This document shows, piece by piece, positions 61,371 to 64,000 of a stretch of DNA of 64,000 nt. The stretch comes from a virus. The notes under the pieces are model-generated. The model was not told the DNA's origin. It did not search any database and worked only from the letters and a program-made list of their open reading frames with translations. The stretch lies in the IMG/VR virus record IMGVR_UViG_3300028920_001457, positions 1 through 64,000 of that record; one strand, 5' to 3'. The translations under genes were made by a program, and so were the position numbers. Position 1 is the stretch's first letter; the number at the start of each line of letters is the position of its first letter.

Positions 61371-62084
61371 ATGGCAGGTGAAAAAACAGGTATATTGAGT
61401 TCATTACTTGGCGGGTTGAGTCCATTGGGAGTAATAGCGGGTTTAGCGCCGAGTGTTTTGCAGGGCATCTTCAGTGGTATTGGGTTGGGAAGAACATCAG
61501 CACAATTCAATAGACAAAAAGCCAATCGTCCCGGATACGAAATTCCTGAAGAACTCTATCAAAACTTAGAGGCCGCAAAACTATTGGGTGCACAGAAGGC
61601 ACCTGGTTATGCATCACAGTTATCTGAGATACGACAGGCGAGTGCGAGGGAATATGGTAGGAGAGAGCGTGGTGCTATAAGTTCCAATGCCCTTATGGCA
61701 GGTGACATTTATCAAAAAGAACTTGATGCTATACAGGGACTTGCACGTATGAATGAAGAATGGGCGGCAAAACAAGCACAAAACATAAATTTGGCAAGGG
61801 GGGCTATTGGCGAACAGAAATTACAAAAACAGTCATGGGAGAGTCTTATTCCATGGCAGACAGAGATGAACAGACTTGGTGAACAGAAAGCGTCCTATAT
61901 GCAGGGTTTGATGGGTGCGTTACAGGGACTTGGACAGAATGTCACGGATTTGTATGGAACAAAGTCTTTCACGGATTTTTATAAGGGTTTGTATCCACAG
62001 GGCGGTGCGGGTGGCTCAGGTGACATTACGAAAAATTTTGCTGACATATTGAGTTTGGCACAAAGATTTGGAAATTTTAGATAA
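61371..62084 (+). CDS. Putative internal virion/ejection protein
   Basis: Gly/Ala/Gln-rich, hydrophobic N-terminus, RPGYEIP. Confidence 0.55.
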   Translation: MAGEKTGILSSLLGGLSPLGVIAGLAPSVLQGIFSGIGLGRTSAQFNRQKANRPGYEIPEELYQNLEAAKLLGAQKAPGYASQLSEIRQASAREYGRRERGAISSNALMAGDIYQKELDAIQGLARMNEEWAAKQAQNINLARGAIGEQKLQKQSWESLIPWQTEMNRLGEQKASYMQGLMGALQGLGQNVTDLYGTKSFTDFYKGLYPQGGAGGSGDITKNFADILSLAQRFGNFR

Positions 62085-63435
62085 TATGGCAGACACACCG
62101 ATTTTATATACGGGAAAGGGCATATCAACACAGTTTCCACAGGACACAGGACAGACAACGAAAAGACTGTCTGACTTTATTACCCGTGCCGAGAAGATAC
62201 GGTATGATACTTTCCGTCAGAAAAAACAAGAATTTTTAGAAAATCTGCAAGTAGAACCCGCCTTTTTTATATCCCAAGCGGCACAGGAGGCACAAGCTAA
62301 AACACTAAAAGAATATAATGATAAGTGGTCACAAAGATATAAAGAGTCGGGATATAATCTATCCCCAGATGAAGAAATGCAGATGATAGCAGATAAAAAT
62401 TATCTTCAATTACAACAAAATGATCTATTGGCACATCAGGAAAGATGGATGGAACATGCGAAATTAGTGGAGGCTGACAGGCGCAATTATTATAACGGAA
62501 ATGCTTTCTGGGAAAAAAACACAAATGATTTTTTTGATACAGGACGATATGAGGCGACCCACATACCAATAAAACCTAAAGACTTTGCTGGTTTCTTACA
62601 AAAAGAAAGTGCGGCACGGGAGACAAAATACCCCATGGGAACAAAACGAATAGAGGGGAAAGATTGGCCTATTTATACTAATTTGATAGATGAAGGCTAT
62701 GGTGAAAACGGGTTGGTGAATAATCCCAATGACGGTGTGTCTGAGCTTATAAGACAGAGTGCTTTTAAAGATGAACAAGCTACGTTGGGTATGTTAGAAG
62801 ATTGGGCTGAACTTGATGATACAGAGAAAGCACGGTGGTTTGTTGATGAAGACAAAAGTGGTGATATAAGCAGGACAGAAAAAGAAAATGGTATTGTGCG
62901 TTGGGCAATAAACAATCCGCGCTATCGTGAACAGGCACGTATAGAGAGTAGTTATGCACCAAGGAATGTATCGCAACCAAAGACAGCCAAACGCACACCA
63001 ATGGTTATTCATGGCAAACAAGTCACTGTATATCCCGCCAAAAAAAGAACAGAACCAATAAGGTATGTGGATGGTGAAAATAAGAGGACAGGACTTTATT
63101 CTTTTGGGGGTTCTACTGTACTGACTGACATTCCCACCGATGGTGCTATTCTATTAAGAGGGTCTGCGGGGGTTAAATTACGTGGTGGCGGTAATATAAC
63201 TGGTCAGTTAGTGGATTATGATATTAACAATAACACACTAATAGTAAGGACGACAACTGGTATTCCTTCACAAAACATAGACCCCAAACAACTTGTGGAA
63301 ATACCACTGGCTAATGTTTTGGATAGTGAGAACCTACCTATATTAGATGAAAATGGAAGGGAAATAACGATAGCTGAACTAAGGGGGAAGGAAAAACCCG
63401 CCGAGAGAATGAGAAGATTGGCAGAAGGTAAATAA
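62068..63435 (+). CDS. Putative internal virion (cargo) protein
   Basis: 455 aa, position in the ejection module. Confidence 0.5.
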   Translation: MEILDNMADTPILYTGKGISTQFPQDTGQTTKRLSDFITRAEKIRYDTFRQKKQEFLENLQVEPAFFISQAAQEAQAKTLKEYNDKWSQRYKESGYNLSPDEEMQMIADKNYLQLQQNDLLAHQERWMEHAKLVEADRRNYYNGNAFWEKNTNDFFDTGRYEATHIPIKPKDFAGFLQKESAARETKYPMGTKRIEGKDWPIYTNLIDEGYGENGLVNNPNDGVSELIRQSAFKDEQATLGMLEDWAELDDTEKARWFVDEDKSGDISRTEKENGIVRWAINNPRYREQARIESSYAPRNVSQPKTAKRTPMVIHGKQVTVYPAKKRTEPIRYVDGENKRTGLYSFGGSTVLTDIPTDGAILLRGSAGVKLRGGGNITGQLVDYDINNNTLIVRTTTGIPSQNIDPKQLVEIPLANVLDSENLPILDENGREITIAELRGKEKPAERMRRLAEGK

Positions 63436-63436
63436 C

Positions 63437-64000
63437 ATGGAAGATAAAATTACTGAACTATATAATATTTTAAATGATTCCAAGGAATTTGGTGGCATAT
63501 ACAAAACCCCCGAAGAACTTCGCAATATACTTTCTGATGAAACAAAAGTAGGTGAATTCTATAATATTTTAAATGATTCAGAAGAATTTGGTGGTATATT
63601 TCCTGATTTAGAAACATTCAAGAGTGCTTTCCCCGTAAAAAAAAAAGAACTTTCTTTCTTGGATATTGTTACGACTGCATCAGGCAAAGAACCACTTCCA
63701 TTTTTAGGACAATCAAAAGCATCATCAAATCAACCACAACCATCACCATTAACCGATAAGGGGTCTTATGGCGGTGATATTCTTGAGCGCATAGGGGCGG
63801 GTGCTATTGATATAGCAACATCAGCACCAAGTCAGTTAAGTTTTGCAAAGAGAATATTGGATATACCCAAGAAGATAGCTGTCAAGGAACTCGAAATGCT
63901 TGGACTATCCAAGGAAAATGCAGAAAAAGTATCTGGTTTCATTCCCTATCTCAAGCCACCCGCCATTAGTGCGGGGGTGAATATATCTAACGAAGCATGG
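63437..64000 (+). CDS. N-terminus of a probable large ejection protein (runs off window end)
   Basis: Open frame to the end; duplicated YNILNDS.EFGGI repeat followed by VKKKE. Confidence 0.6.
   Translation, partial: MEDKITELYNILNDSKEFGGIYKTPEELRNILSDETKVGEFYNILNDSEEFGGIFPDLETFKSAFPVKKKELSFLDIVTTASGKEPLPFLGQSKASSNQPQPSPLTDKGSYGGDILERIGAGAIDIATSAPSQLSFAKRILDIPKKIAVKELEMLGLSKENAEKVSGFIPYLKPPAISAGVNISNEAW

Noticed and set aside
40625-63435. Stop-codon reassignment as seen in some crAss-like phages
   Set aside because: Long structural ORFs are intact in code 11 and no CTA or TCA suppressor tRNA was found.

Overview
64 kb of a large, AT-rich tailed phage with crAss-like (Crassvirales-type podovirus) head and tail gene order. 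The host is probably Bacteroidota, because TTTG...TAnnTTTG promoters occur throughout. Left part (- strand): a glycan-modification island (aminotransferase, acetyl-, formyl- and methyl-transferases, WbqC, two ATP-grasps, radical SAM, GT25, three GT-B-like paralogs), GroES, nucleases, many small early ORFs, a DNA methyltransferase and a replication-initiator-like gene with iterons. Right part (+ strand): GT2, homing endonucleases, a TerD-domain protein preceded by three structured RNA repeats, a 25-tRNA array covering all 20 amino acids, then terminase, portal, scaffold, capsid, tail and ejection genes. Main finding: the tRNA array is split into three operons. Each starts with its own promoter, a 20-24 codon leader ORF, an antiterminator and an intrinsic terminator, and each leader's codons match the tRNAs of its own operon. 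This suggests ribosome-mediated attenuation that turns on phage tRNA supply when the matching host tRNAs are depleted. The adjacent RNA repeats carry anticodon-loop mimics. All calls are from reading the sequence by eye; no database searches were run.
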